A DNA stretch of 63,171 nt, the filler included, from Octopus bimaculoides (lineage: Eukaryota), in the NCBI RefSeq assembly GCF_001194135.2. It is 7 parts of 7 records of this genome, joined end to end, with 100 filler letters (N's around TTAATTAATTAA, not from the genome) between each part and the next. Parts side by side here need not be neighbours in the genome. Positions count along the whole stretch, not along the records: positions 49,468 to 56,632 come from NC_068983.1; positions 56,733 to 58,856 come from NC_068992.1; positions 58,957 to 63,171 come from NC_069003.1; 4 more parts are not named here. One strand, 5' to 3'. Positions 50,017-63,171 of this stretch are shown in pieces (position 1 is the stretch's first letter; every line of letters starts with the position of its first letter). The position numbers and the translations under genes are program-made. The notes under the pieces are model-generated. The model did not search any database, was not told the origin of the DNA, and saw only the letters and a program-made list of their open reading frames with translations.

Positions 50017-51025
50017 GGACCATGATAAAACGATGGCAAGAAAAGCCCCTACATGGTAAATACTGGGCTAAACTAAATGCGAAAGAAATAGACAGAGAAA
50101 AATCCCAGCAATGGCTGAGAAGCTCAGGACTCAANNNNNNNNNNNNNNNNNNNNNNNNNNNNNNNNNNNNNNNNNNNNNNNNNNNNNNNNNNNNNNNNNN
50201 NNNNNNNNNNNNNNNNNNNNNNNNNNNNNNNNNNNNNNNNNNNNNNNNNNNNNNNNNNNNNNNNNNNNNNNNNNNNNNNNNNNNNNNNNNNNNNNNNNNN
50301 NNNNNNNNNNNNNNNNNNNNNNNNNNNNNNNNNNNNNNNNNNNNNNNNNNNNNNNNNNNNNNNNNNNNNNNNNNNNNNNNNNNNNNNNNNNNNNNNNNNN
50401 NNNNNNNNNNNNNNNNNNNNNNNNNNNNNNNNNNNNNNNNNNNNNNNNNNNNNNNNNNNNNNNNNNNNNNNNNNNNNNNNNNNNNNNNNNNNNNNNNNNN
50501 NNNNNNNNNNNNNNNNNNNNNNNNNNNNNNNNNNNNNNNNNNNNNNNNNNNNNNNNNNNNNNNNNNNNNNNNNNNNNNNNNNNNNNNNNNNNNNNNNNNN
50601 NNNNNNNNNNNNNNNNNNNNNNNNNNNNNNNNNNNNNNNNNNNNNNNNNNNNNNNNNNNNNNNNNNNNNNNNNNNNNNNNNNNNNNNNNNNNNNNNNNNN
50701 NNNNNNNNNNNNNNNNNNNNNNNNNNNNNNNNNNNNNNNNNNNNNNNNNNNNNNNNNNNNNNNNNNNNNNNNNNNNNNNNNNNNNNNNNNNNNNNNNNNN
50801 NNNNNNNNNNNNNNNNNNNNNNNNNNNNNNNNNNNNNNNNNNNNNNNNNNNNNNNNNNNNNNNNNNNNNNNNNNNNNNNNNNNNNNNNNNNNNNNNNNNN
50901 NNNNNNNNNNNNNNNNNNNNNNNNNNNNNNNNCATAAGAGCACCACAGCAAACCACAGCACATACCCAAGGCGCACAGAGCTGCGATCGGCAGTGAAGTG
51001 AAAGCACGTTATAAAAATAAAACTA

Positions 51026-51113
<88 letters not shown>

Positions 51114-51200
51114 GTACTGGTGTCGATATGTTAAATTAAAATTCTTCAACGCGGTATGCCAGCATAGCTGCAGTCTAATGGCTGAAACAAACAAATAACA
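49731..51200 (+). mobile_element. SINE family A tail split by a (TAA)n array and a LINE insertion
   Basis: The left half ends at about 49845 (..AAGCACCAGATTTTAC). The right half resumes at about 51113 (AGTACTGGTGTCGAT..CCAGCATAGCTGCAG). Confidence 0.7.
50016..51029 (+). mobile_element. 5'-truncated R4/Dong-type LINE (mostly gap)
   Basis: WQEKPLHGKYWAKL..IDREKSQQWLRSSGL matches the W..KPLHG.Y..ID...S..WL motif. The 3' UTR ends in (TAA)n. Gap at 50135-50931. Confidence 0.8.
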
Positions 51201-52714
51201 GACATAAAGCAAGATGTAATTACAATATTTTTTCTGTGTTGATGGTTATATTGACTAGCAGGTAATATACCTGAGAGAAAATACTGAAGGTCAAAGGTTA
51301 TCTGCCGAAATAGCATGAGAGAATATTACAATATTTACATTGTATGGGAATGTATGTTGGATTACAATATTTATGCTTTATATGAATGTTACATATTACA
51401 GTGTATATTGGATAATCAAGGTGATCTTGCAGATATAATATATAAAAACAGATACAAAACTACCTAGGTATCATTTATTTCAAAATTATAAGCTACTCCG
51501 GAAATGATAAATCTGTCAAAAAAGCAATCACTCAATATAAGTTACCGTAATAAACGCATTATAATGAGCTTAAGTCATAACTATATAATTGATAATTTAT
51601 TTTAATTGATCATAGTGTATGCGATAAAGAGCGAGATTTATAGCAAGAAGTTTATAGGTTGGAATTCACTCTTAAATCTCGGAATGATCTCACCTTCTAT
51701 ATAGCAAAAGGGGTCAGGCAGGTATTTGTCCCTTAAGTGTATTTTATTTCCATAAAGAGATGTAGCGAAAGTCTTAAGAGGATCTAGAAATACATGCTAT
51801 TCCTAGATGGCACTCTTCTAAATGCCGAAAGTATAAGAGGCAGATATGCATTAAAGGATTAACATTTGGGATATGAATTTGGAAACACGTTGTAGAAAGT
51901 CCATTAGCAATCAACTAATTTACAAATGGTGTGATATAAACACGTTGAATACATAATAATTTCATCTCAATGAGAAAGGCTGTAAACTCTTCAGAAATGA
52001 CACACTATAATTTAAATTGCAAAACAAAAGAGATATTGATATCATGCTCTATGCACGATAGGAAGCAGATTACATATAGATGGAGTCGTTGAATGGTAGA
52101 TGTAGTATGCTAAAATTGCAATATTATTATCAGTTCGAATATGCTTGATGCATGTTCGAACTGGGGAACAAGCTACTCATTTCGTTTTGTCACAGAGAAT
52201 ATGTTTGCTTGTTGACAAATGGCGGGTATATACCTATATCATCTCGCAGTGCCATCTACCTAGGCTGTGGGATGCTAGCATTTCGGAGTAATTATCTCCT
52301 CACCAGTCACAGACACTAAACAGAGAACACCATGAGTTGAGTTTAGAGATTGCATTTCTTATGTTTTTCAATCACCGTGCGATGACTGGCAGCGCTATAT
52401 GGCGGCTGACGTAAGTAAATTATGGAGGTGGAACGCAAAGCAGTCATAAGTAAAATTGCAATGATATCATCACTCTGAATATGCTTGAAGCATATTAATA
52501 GCATGGTAAATCTGCAGAGGTTCGTTATATCACAACCGGAATATAACGAACTTAAGAGCTGTTATGCTTTTGGGAATATTGGGTAAGTATATATTAATAC
52601 AGCGCCCGGCAGGTGAGCAACCATTTTCTGAGTATATATATATAAATATATATGTTTGTATGTATGTACATATGTATGTATATATGTAAGCATGTATGTA
52701 TGTATGTATGTATG

Positions 52715-52748
<34 letters not shown>

Positions 52749-52884
52749 TGTGTGTATGTACGTATGTATCTATCTCTCTAACTATCTATCTATCTATATA
52801 TGTGCGTATATATCTGTGTGTGTGTTGGTGTGTGTATATGCGTGTGTATGTGATTGCGTGCGCATATGTATAAAAATATACATG

Positions 52885-52915
<31 letters not shown>

Positions 52916-55900
52916 GTATACATATATACACACATATTGATACAAATACACACGCTTACGCATGCATATATATATATACATACACACACACACATACATA
53001 CACATACACAGACACACACACACGCATATATATATATATATATAGTTTTAGGGAAAATAACCAATTATCAAGAACTCATCGATGAAATTGAGTTTTTTGC
53101 CTGTAATTTTGGATTTTGTACCTAATATTATTATATATATATATATATATATATATACATTAACATATTTCCATGGATCTATGCTTTGGGTGATGGGCGT
53201 TTCTCTTTATTGTCTTCAGTTGTGTATGGTCTCCGACATAATGTTTCCTTCTAATTGATTGGTTGATGACATNNNNNNNNNNNNNNNNNNNNNNNNNNNN
53301 NNNNNNNNNNNNNNNNNNNNNNNNNNNNNNNNAATATTTGAGAAATACAATCATTGAGTAAACCGAGTTTTGTCTACGATAGATTAGCTGGTCATTTAAT
53401 TCTCTGATTCGAAGAGGAAAGGAGTGCGCAGTCTTGTTACTTGAAATACTCAGCATTTCTGAATATCAAGATAATAAGTTATGTTTTCATCGCAACTATG
53501 ATATGATTTTTAAATAAGAAATTCTTGAAAGATTGGTCCGTGTATGAACGAATGAGCAGTGTATACGCATACTCTCGAGGGAAGAAAAGGGAGCCCTAAA
53601 CCACTGACATGCTTTCGATGAGCGTTTAATAAAGGGTCGCACTTCCAAAATTTTATTAGTTCCAATATTTTACACATGAATGTGACAACGATCCTTTCCA
53701 CTCGCTGCACTGTTCTGGTGACTCAACAAATCTCTTATTCTAAAATGGATTATCTATTTTTCTAGTATTCAAATCAACGTGTCAAGTACAATATAATAAT
53801 TTCTCTCTATATATGTGTGTGATGTGTGTGTGTCTGTGTGTGCATGAGCGCGTGCGCGTGGTGCAGATGCACAAGTACATACACATGTTTATTGAACGAA
53901 CACTACCGATATGTAAAAATATCTCACTAAGCGAAGTTGGTTTGAAAAGCTTTTACTTCCATAACACTGAATACATGCATTTAAATTGTACACGAGAATC
54001 GGAAATCATTCACAATTTGCATATCTATTGTTTTTATTTACTTTCAACATAATGTCAGAAGCATTTTCTGCTTATTTTATTTACTTAGGAGCATGTTTTA
54101 AACAATTCAAATAGAAAACTTTTTTCACGATAATAAATTGAATGTGAATGGATCTAGAATCTGACTATCAATCCATCAGGATGATAAAATTTATATATTT
54201 TGTTTTATGCATTTCAAAAGGGCCAAACAATAAATTACATATTTAAAAAATCTTTCTCATATTAAAAAAAAAAGCTGTATATATTCTGAATTGCCCATTA
54301 CATAAAAACGTTTTTGCGGAAGCAAAAGTGTACAGTTTCAAAAGTGTTCTGTTTCAAAAGTTGTTTGAATGTGAGTGCATATAATCTCTTTTCTCCCCTT
54401 TTATGCTTATAAAATACCTGTCGAAAGAAATTACGCGTGACTGTTCATATAAAACTATTGCAAAACACTAGTAAGCTGCTTCCAAAATATCTTACGATTG
54501 GCTTCATATAAAGTTCTCATGCCTCTCCAATGCATAAACGCTAAAAATTCCATTTTACATACAGCACTTTTTAAGGGCGGTGGAATAGCAAAATTGTTAG
54601 ACCAGTGGAAAATGTGTTTGTCTCCGGTTATGTACTTTCTGACTTCAAATTGCCCTCAGGTTAGCTTTGTCTTTCGTCTTTCTTCACTGATTAAGTGAAA
54701 AATACTAGTCAAATACTGGAGTCGATATTATTGACTTATTCTTTCTTTGAAAGTACTGGATGTTTCTAAAATGGAAAGCCATATAACGTAAAATATTTTA
54801 GATCTGTGTGTTTTATATTTATGTTTGTGTATGTGTGTTTGTGTGTATGAATGAGAGTTTGTGCGTGTGCGCGTATGTTTGTGAGTGCATGAGTACGTGT
54901 GAGTGTGTATGTGCGTGTTTTACTGTGTGTAATCATGTTTAGCTGCTGAGATAAATATACAAGTTTTCCTTTAAATCGGTCATTGAACTACATAGGTTAT
55001 ATGAGATGTTTAATACTTTATTGCGGAGAAATATATTGCATTCTTATTAATATTGTTTGTAAATTCACAATTTAGGGGCATGCAACAGTTTTTGTAACTG
55101 CATTGCTTGATAATCGATGCAGATTTGTTTACATTCCTCATAACTTAGAGGCTCTACGAAAAGCGATCAACTAGCAAACTTAAATTATAAGTGTAGTGTT
55201 GATCTTACTACACCATTTACGATGGTGCCTTTGAATGGCTGCGGTTCTATGAATAAAACAACAAAATGTTTAACGAAACAAATTTATAAGTAGTGTTGAA
55301 ATAAATTAAATATCCGTACTAAACGGGGGAAAAAAAACTTTTCCACAGAGAAATGATAAGCAAATCGTGCCAGAATTTAAATAATTAATTAATTGTTTGT
55401 AGCTATTTACAAGAATTACATCTGTTATATTATTTCTGCACGAAACCTAAATCGCATTTAGTATTCTATTAATCGGATTGGCTTTTCCACCGAATTGTTA
55501 AAACGAAAAGGCCTCAATTTTATTAGAAAGCAATGTTTATAGCAGAGTTCACAATCTAAATGTGAAAAGTTCATTTAAAATGCACTTCCAAACTTCCGCT
55601 TATAAATGAATCCCCTGGGATTGCTTTTAATTACTATGCATGACATGGGAATCTCTTCATATGTCTCTCTGATGTTGTTTACACTCTGTAATAGTTAGTG
55701 CACTACAATGACTTATTTAACATCCTTCTTTTTCCGAAATAATTGAATTGACTTTTCACTAATGAAAGCATAATTACCAAGACTACAGCAATTATTGATA
55801 CGCAACAAGCATTACATTTCTTTGCAATACTATAATCTTATGTTCATATGCTCTGTTATGAAAGCTAGTTTGAGAATTTCAATGTACTAAAATATTGATT

Positions 55901-57033
55901 CATTTTATCTGACATAATTAATGTTGAGACAATGTGGCACCGTTGATATCATCTCCAAAATATTAGAGGCATTCATCTTCTCCAGGCACTGCAATAAACA
56001 AAGTCTAAGTCTTCTTGCTATAAGATTTCGCAACGGTTAAGTTAGAATATTTGTACATATAAAAAAATCTTAAAATATAAACCCAAAATACATTCAGATC
56101 ACAATAAACTATTAGTAATAATATACAGCATTATCACTAAAATGGTAATAATACTGAAATCTTTCATTTCGCTGATAAGACACATGAAAACCATCTTAAA
56201 ATTTAACACTTCACTTTTATGTATAATATATAATAGAAATTTATACTAGTTCATATTTGTGCTAAGTAACTCTATTTCCTTCCTCTTGTAAGTTTCATTT
56301 CCTAATGTATACTAATAGAAGAGAATATGACCAAAAACTGCGTGTACTCCATCCCATGCAGCTGTGTTAGGTCATACAAAGTAGCTCAATATATTAGAAT
56401 TATATTCTAATACATTTATCTACTTCTCATCGACTACGTATTAATATTTTATCCGTTCTCCGCTCTTTGAAACCTGTCTAGTTACCGAAGTAAAAACCCA
56501 GCTAATGTACTATATTTAGTATATTGTACGACGTATATGGTTCAAAGCCGAGGAAAAGCTTACAACCATAACTGCGCTAATGAACAATATCTATAATATT
56601 CCATTTACTTTCGTCACTATATATATATATATNNNNNNNNNNNNNNNNNNNNNNNNNNNNNNNNNNNNNNNNNNNNTTAATTAATTAANNNNNNNNNNNN
56701 NNNNNNNNNNNNNNNNNNNNNNNNNNNNNNNNTATATATATATCTTAAATAATAAAAGTGTGTAAGTCTTTACAAGAATTTACAAGAGACCAATATGTAG
56801 AGACCGTTATTTATACCTTGTTTTGTATATCACTGTGTAAAAGACCCCAGTTTAACTGGGAATGAAACCATACATTAGCAATATAAAATGGTGATGAATT
56901 ATCACCTCGAACCCTCCATAAATATACGTGTTCTTTACTGATTCTAAAATATCTTTTAGCCTGATGTATATGTATTGTTTATGAGGGAGTTTATAAAGTA
57001 TTTTGCCCAGATCTACATTCTCATCAATAAGTT

Positions 57034-57064
<31 letters not shown>

Positions 57065-57763
57065 TTGTACGTATGTGTATATATACATATCCTTTTAAAG
57101 ATCCATTGGTATTTTAATGCTGTCTTGAACCAATTGCCAAAAAATTTAGCCATGCGTATGTTTTTTTTTAATACAACAAATTAAATCATCTTACGTCATG
57201 TTTAATAAACAGCGGACATATTATATTTCACCAAGCTGTAATTGAATCTATCATAAACTTTGAGATTCTTCTTCTTCTTCTTTGTTTCTTTCCTCCTCTT
57301 TCTGTTTGTACTTTCCCTATCCCCTCTGGTTCTTTTTTCTTTTTTTTCTTTTTCTTCTCTTCTCCTCATACAAGCATGCTTCCTTCTCTTTCTCATCTCT
57401 TTTTCTCAATCATCATTCTTCTTCGTTTTCTTTTTTCATCTTCCTAATCAATGCGATAACAATTGGATGGTGACAAAACGATTTATAGTAGAGACCAAAA
57501 ATAATATCCTCCATTTATAAGTTAACTCAAAAAATCTTTTTAGAAATTCCAAATAGGTATCGTCCCTTCATTTGCTATAGTACCGTCAGAAAGTATGAAC
57601 CAAAGGAATACCCCATCACATAGCCGATGCAAGCACTAATTACCGAATATCTGAAACAATCAAATGGGTCCACTTAAATTTATTCCCAATAGCGACTGGC
57701 ATCTCGTGCAACGCGAACGTTAGATTCGTCACGGAATTAAACAAAAAAAAAAAAAAAAAAAAA

Positions 57764-58075
57764 GATTGGCACTCCGTCGTTTACGACGACGGGGATACCA
57801 GTTGGCTCGATCAATGAAATAGCTTGTTGGTGAAATTAACGTGTAAGTCGCTGAGCACTCCACCGACACACGGGTATACCATTAACGTAGTTCTCAAGGA
57901 AATTCAGCGTCATGCAGAATCTGAGAAGCCTGGTACTTTGAACTACAGGTAAAACTCATTTTTACCAGCGAAGTAAGCAGGAGCAACGTTAAAAGATGTG
58001 GGCTGCTCAAGAACTCTACGCGCCGCCAGGAATTGAACTCACGACCTTAAAACCCTGAATCACTAACCCACGCAT
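57764..58075 (-). mobile_element. tRNA-derived SINE family D
   Basis: Minus-strand head GGTCGTGAGTTCAATTCC, then TTGAGCAG..CTCCTGCTTAC; tail GGAGTGCCAATC(T)n. An inverted partial copy lies at about 59645-59770. Confidence 0.8.
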
Positions 58076-58824
58076 CTTCACTCATCACAGTATAAATTCT
58101 TCTTAACGCTGTGTGTAACATTTGCTTTGATTCAATGACATATTCCAGCGTCACTTCACCTGTCATACCTATTTATTATCTTCAGATAATTTCTGAAACC
58201 TGTAGTAATTTTTGCTCAAAGCAAACAAACTTGAGTGGAATGGGAAGTCTATTATATCGACCACAGTGTTCAAGTAGTACTTGGTTGATCGATACCGAAA
58301 AGATCAGAGGTAAAATCCACCTTGGCGGAATTTGGAATCGGAACATAATGAGCCAGAAAGAACGCCGCTTTTTACTTCATTTCAGGTTAGTAACGAGTGT
58401 ACAGGATCATCGCTCTATTAAATGAAATATTTTAAGGCCTTAAAATTTTAAACACAATTTAATAAAGATACGGAAATAAGAGCACATTGCCTGGATTATG
58501 TTGCAAATGATTGAGGAAAGATTGTTGTGTTTCAAAGAGACTATTTTGCATCCCATATAGAGGCAGGAATTTAAGTGGTTCTTCAGCTGTGAATCACTTA
58601 ATATTTTCGCAAATGGCGACATTACTAGAAGCATTTTGCTATATTTCTGGTTTCTATATAACCTAAAATACAACAACACCATAATGTAGCACCATTTGTA
58701 GGCCCAAAAAATCTGCTGAATGTTTATGCAGGCATTATTCTATATATATTTTAGTACACACACACACACACATATATATATGTATATGCATATATGCATA
58801 TATGTCAGTATGTATGTACAACTA

Positions 58825-58856
<32 letters not shown>

Positions 58857-58959
58857 NNNNNNNNNNNNNNNNNNNNNNNNNNNNNNNNNNNNNNNNNNNN
58901 TTAATTAATTAANNNNNNNNNNNNNNNNNNNNNNNNNNNNNNNNNNNNNNNNNNNNAAA

Positions 58960-59360
58960 AGCGGCGAGCTGCTTGAATCGTTACAGCGCCGGTTAAAATG
59001 CTTAACAGCATTTCATCCGTCTTTACGTTCTGAGTTCAAATTCCACCGAGGTTGACTTTATTTTTCATCCTTTCAGGATCGATAAAATAAGTACCTGTCG
59101 AGTACTCGGGTCGATATAATCGAGTTGTTCCCCCCCAAAAAAAAACTTCAGGCCTTGTGCCTTTAATAGAAATGAATATTATAACAGCATAAAGCTGCGA
59201 GCTGGTTGAATCGTTGTAGCGCCGGGTAAATTGCTAAGCTGCAATTCGTACGTCTTGACATTCTGAGTTCAAACTCCGCCGTGGTTGACTTCGCCTTTCA
59301 TCCATTCGGGGTCAATAAAATAAGTACCAATTGATCACAGGAGTCGATGTAATCAGATAT
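58960..59360 (+). mobile_element. Two tandem SINE family B copies
   Basis: GCGAGCTG..GAATCGTT..GCGCCGG..TTCTGAGTTCAAA occurs at about 58962 and 59197. Confidence 0.8.
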
Positions 59361-60132
59361 AACTTAAACGACGTTTGCTACTGAGATACGAAAATATTTC
59401 AACGTAACGTAAATACAGATATTATTTTAAGGTCTCATAGATATTATATCCGTAAAAAACATACAGTATAAATGACAAAGTAAACGTAACGCAGGTATTT
59501 GAGTAGGATAATACAGATTTCAGATTTTGACACAAAGCCAGCAATTTCGGAGGAGAGGGTATAGATACATCGAACCTAGTACTCTACTGGTACTTAATTT
59601 ATCAATCCCGAAAGAGACTTCGAAATTTCGCTGAATCTCCCTGGGAACTACGTTAAAGGGTACGCGTGGCTGTGGAGTGCTCAGCCAAGCTGCGCGTTTA
59701 TTTCACCTTCAGGCTGTTCCGTTTTTCGGATCAACTGGAACTCTCGTCGTCGCAACCGACGGAGTGCCAGCAGGTAGGTCGGGAGGCCATTTTGCTTGAT
59801 GTGTAAGAGAAATATTTTATTGGGAACATAGGACGTGTGAAGTTTGTGTGAGCATCAGTATACATACATGCATACACATACACATACACATATCAGTATG
59901 TATGTATGTATGTATATATATATATATATATATTATAAAACCTTACGGCGAATCCTTTATGATAGAACGTAAATATACAAATATATATCTACTTTACATT
60001 TGTACAGAGTTCTTCATAAGATAAATGTTTACCCATTGCATAACAAACACCGATATATGTTAAGTAATCTCAACTGTACGATATATAAACACACTACGTA
60101 TGTATATACATACATACATACATACATATATC

Positions 60133-60171
<39 letters not shown>

Positions 60172-60329
60172 NNNNNNNNNNNNNNNNNNNNNNNNNNNNN
60201 NNNNNNNNNNNNNNNNNNNNNNNNNNNNNNNNNNNNNNNNNNNNNNNNNNNNNNNNNNNNNNNNNNNNNNNNNNNNNNNNNNNNNNNNNNNNNNNNNNNN
60301 NNNNNNNNNNNCATACATATATGTATACA

Positions 60330-60363
<34 letters not shown>

Positions 60364-60537
60364 CATACATACATATATGTGTATATATATGTGTATATAT
60401 ATATATGTATGTGTATATATATATATATATGTATATATATATAAAATGAGTGTGTGTGGGTGTGTGTGCATATATAATGAAAATGAATTTGTGCTTTAGA
60501 CTTGTTTACGTTTTAGTGTCTTTTAGGATTAAGTTGA

Positions 60538-60602
<65 letters not shown>

Positions 60603-60774
60603 CATATCTGCCTGTCTGCCTGCCTATCTATCTGCCTGATTGGCTGGCTATCAATAGATATACGTATTTGTGTGCATCTATCTATGTGAGTACATGTATA
60701 TACGTATGTGTGTGTATGTGTGTGTGTGTGTACGGTTCTGTCTCTCTATCTGTCTCTCTGTGTCTCTCCTTTTC

Positions 60775-60811
<37 letters not shown>

Positions 60812-61138
60812 TTGTGTCCGGGTAGAGCCATACAACCTTAATATATAACACTCTCACCAGTTCAATTTCCACTCATTTAGTTCTGGGGTTTTATTCTCGA
60901 TAATTTGATCTGTTATACTTTTAAGGGTTTTTTCCCCTTTCTTTTCTTCCTGTAAAAATATGTTGATAAATTAAATAATTTACTGGTTTAAAATAATGAC
61001 AGAGAAAAATTTCCCAGGGGCAATCAATCTCTATACAAGGAATACATAGTTAAGTGTTGGCTAACATAATTTATGGAAGTGAGCCAATAATGATGATGAT
61101 GATGATGGTGATGGTTATGATGATGATGATGGTTATGA

Positions 61139-61183
<45 letters not shown>

Positions 61184-61289
61184 GTAATAACTTTTGAAAG
61201 TTCTATTATTACTGGAATATATCCGGAGCTGTCAAATTAACCTCTTCAAGCGGTCACAGATATGCGCCGAGAATCTCTGTCCCCTATTA

Positions 61290-62440
61290 GCTTGGTAGGT
61301 CCTCAATTTTATGCTGTGTCGAATGTGGAAGTCTCCAAAATGCAACATTTGATATGTCCTTGATGTTGGTAACTTCCGCCGCCCGTTTGAGGACCTCGGT
61401 GTTGGTAACAAACGTAATGTTCGTGCGGATGTCGAGAAAGGTGAAGAGACAACAATGGTAAGAAGCGCTCAATGAGTCATAGTGGTGACGATAGGTAATC
61501 CAGAATTCGGAGTAGTACATAAGGGCATGACCGGTGCTTCCCACTGACGAAGTCCAATAGACTGAAATCGCGTGATATACGAAATTCCGGCGCCCATTAC
61601 AGACGAATTTCGTCTGCTTCGATCTATGTGTGTGCTTTTATGCACCAAGCGCCTATATGAGAAGATCTCTCAAGGCTAATGACGCTGCGTTCGGTGTTCT
61701 AACAAGGCATTTGTGTTTTAAGTTGGATACAAAGATTGCCTTCTGGTATTAATGCTGCTTCGGTTGCGAATAATTAATCGATCTTTGCGTCTTTCTTCAG
61801 ATAATTGCTGTCTCAGATTCTTTTGTACAGTCTGCCGATTGCACTGCTTGCTTTTATCAGTTTGCTGTCATTCTGTTCGTTGATCTTCGCTTCAGACGAG
61901 ATGATGCACTCCCGGGAGCTGAACGACTGGGCTGACTTCAGTTTGGTTTCGTCTTGTTCAAATTGACTTCAGTTATGAAGAGCTCGATAGCTTCTGCAAA
62001 ATATGATTTTGTCCATTGCCAAGTTGATTCTGTGTAGGAAGTCAGTCGTCGGCAAGTCGCAGCTCCCGAATAAGCAATTCCAGTGATTTGGCGAGGAGTT
62101 ACAGTTCGGACTGCCAACAATGCGATATCGGATGTAGATGCCATCCTTCTCATTCGGGTTTTCCGTGGTTTTTACGAGTATCATACTAAGAAAGACGATG
62201 AAGAGAGTAGGCGCGATGATGCAACCCTGCTTTACACTGATTTCCCTTAAGAAGGGCTTTAACATTTCGTTGTTTTGTCATTTTTGCAGTGCTTCCGTCT
62301 GTGAACGGAACCACTCTACGGTATCGGCTTACATCCAGATAGAACGGAAAATGGAGAATTCAGGGAGTTTGACCGTGGACGCAGCTTGGCAATATTACTG
62401 TTGATAGAATACCATCTACTGGCTTCCGGTTGCTACTTTA
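61290..62440 (-). mobile_element. Decayed RTE (BovB-like) LINE RT and C-terminal region
   Basis: SVKQGCIIAPTLF, GIYIRYR, DIALLA, IISSEAKI..KASSAIGRLYKRI, SEFWITYRHH and VTNTEVLKRA. Confidence 0.85.
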
Positions 62441-63137
62441 CCCTCTGACGTCAATATTTCCTATATCCATATAAATTCTGTTTGCTGGTTTTATAAAATT
62501 TTATATAAATCATATACTTTATATAAATCATAGTTACCCCACAGTTCCATAAGACTAGATTTTTCTGCTGATCGCAATGTCTATCCGTAACTGCAAACCC
62601 CATAAATCAGAGAGGCCGTTCTGGCGCATCTCCCTCACCATGCTCCTCCGGGACAACGCCCTTTCCATTTTGTCTGCTGAGACTACGAGGCGGTCTGAAT
62701 TACAGGAAATTGTACGTTCCACCTTAATGTAATATCAAAAATCCTGACGTGGTTTCAATTATTGATTAAAGCTGTTTCACTTCTCATATGCCACTAATGA
62801 ATGTCACAGCATCTCATTTCCTCTAAAATGTAACGAATTTAATTCTGAAATTAAAATCCGGCTTTTCTAGGCTTTTCGGTCACGCACAAAACAGTGTTTT
62901 ATATTTTAGAGTTGTGGAGGCGGTCGAGGTGGTGGAGGGTAAATGGGATACTGTGACGTTAATGCTTTTCCCAAAAGCCTCGAATGATGTATGTGAAGCG
63001 AACTTGTGCCAACCGGGAGTCGACATCAGGCCGCTGGGATCTTGCTTACCTCCTCCTCTTAGAATATCTTAAACACACTTCTAAAAATACTTTTCTCACA
63101 CACCCAGAGAGGATCAGATATATGTAGGTATGTATAT

Positions 63138-63171
<34 letters not shown>

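Noticed and set aside
20992-58912. Recurrent TTAATTAATTAA 12-mer
   Set aside because: It is always centred in N-runs and has stops in all frames, so it is a scaffolding linker rather than biological sequence.
61209-61255. Hammerhead-like motif with CCGG loop
   Set aside because: No GAAA and no stem I pairing.

Overview
AT-rich, microsatellite-laden eukaryotic DNA from a gapped draft assembly. The repeat families look like those of a cephalopod, probably octopus (recognition from memory, not a database result). I could not identify an intact host gene. The window is a mosaic of decayed transposons: two Penelope-like elements (PLEs), Tx1/L1-type ORF1 and ORF2 relics, RTE and R4/Dong-type LINEs, Gypsy gag/pol, mariner, hAT and Helitron relics, fold-back MITEs and about four SINE/LINE-tail families. 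The best candidate for something new is at 4.8-8.3 kb, where a gag-like CCHC zinc-knuckle ORF1 runs in the same reading frame into a PLE reverse transcriptase + GIY-YIG ORF. Also notable are type I hammerhead ribozyme folds (542-610, 17330-17387, relic at 4516-4553), one of them inside a 474-bp unit bounded by direct repeats; an ORF1-only retroelement; and long fold-back elements. Element boundaries are approximate unless a motif is quoted.
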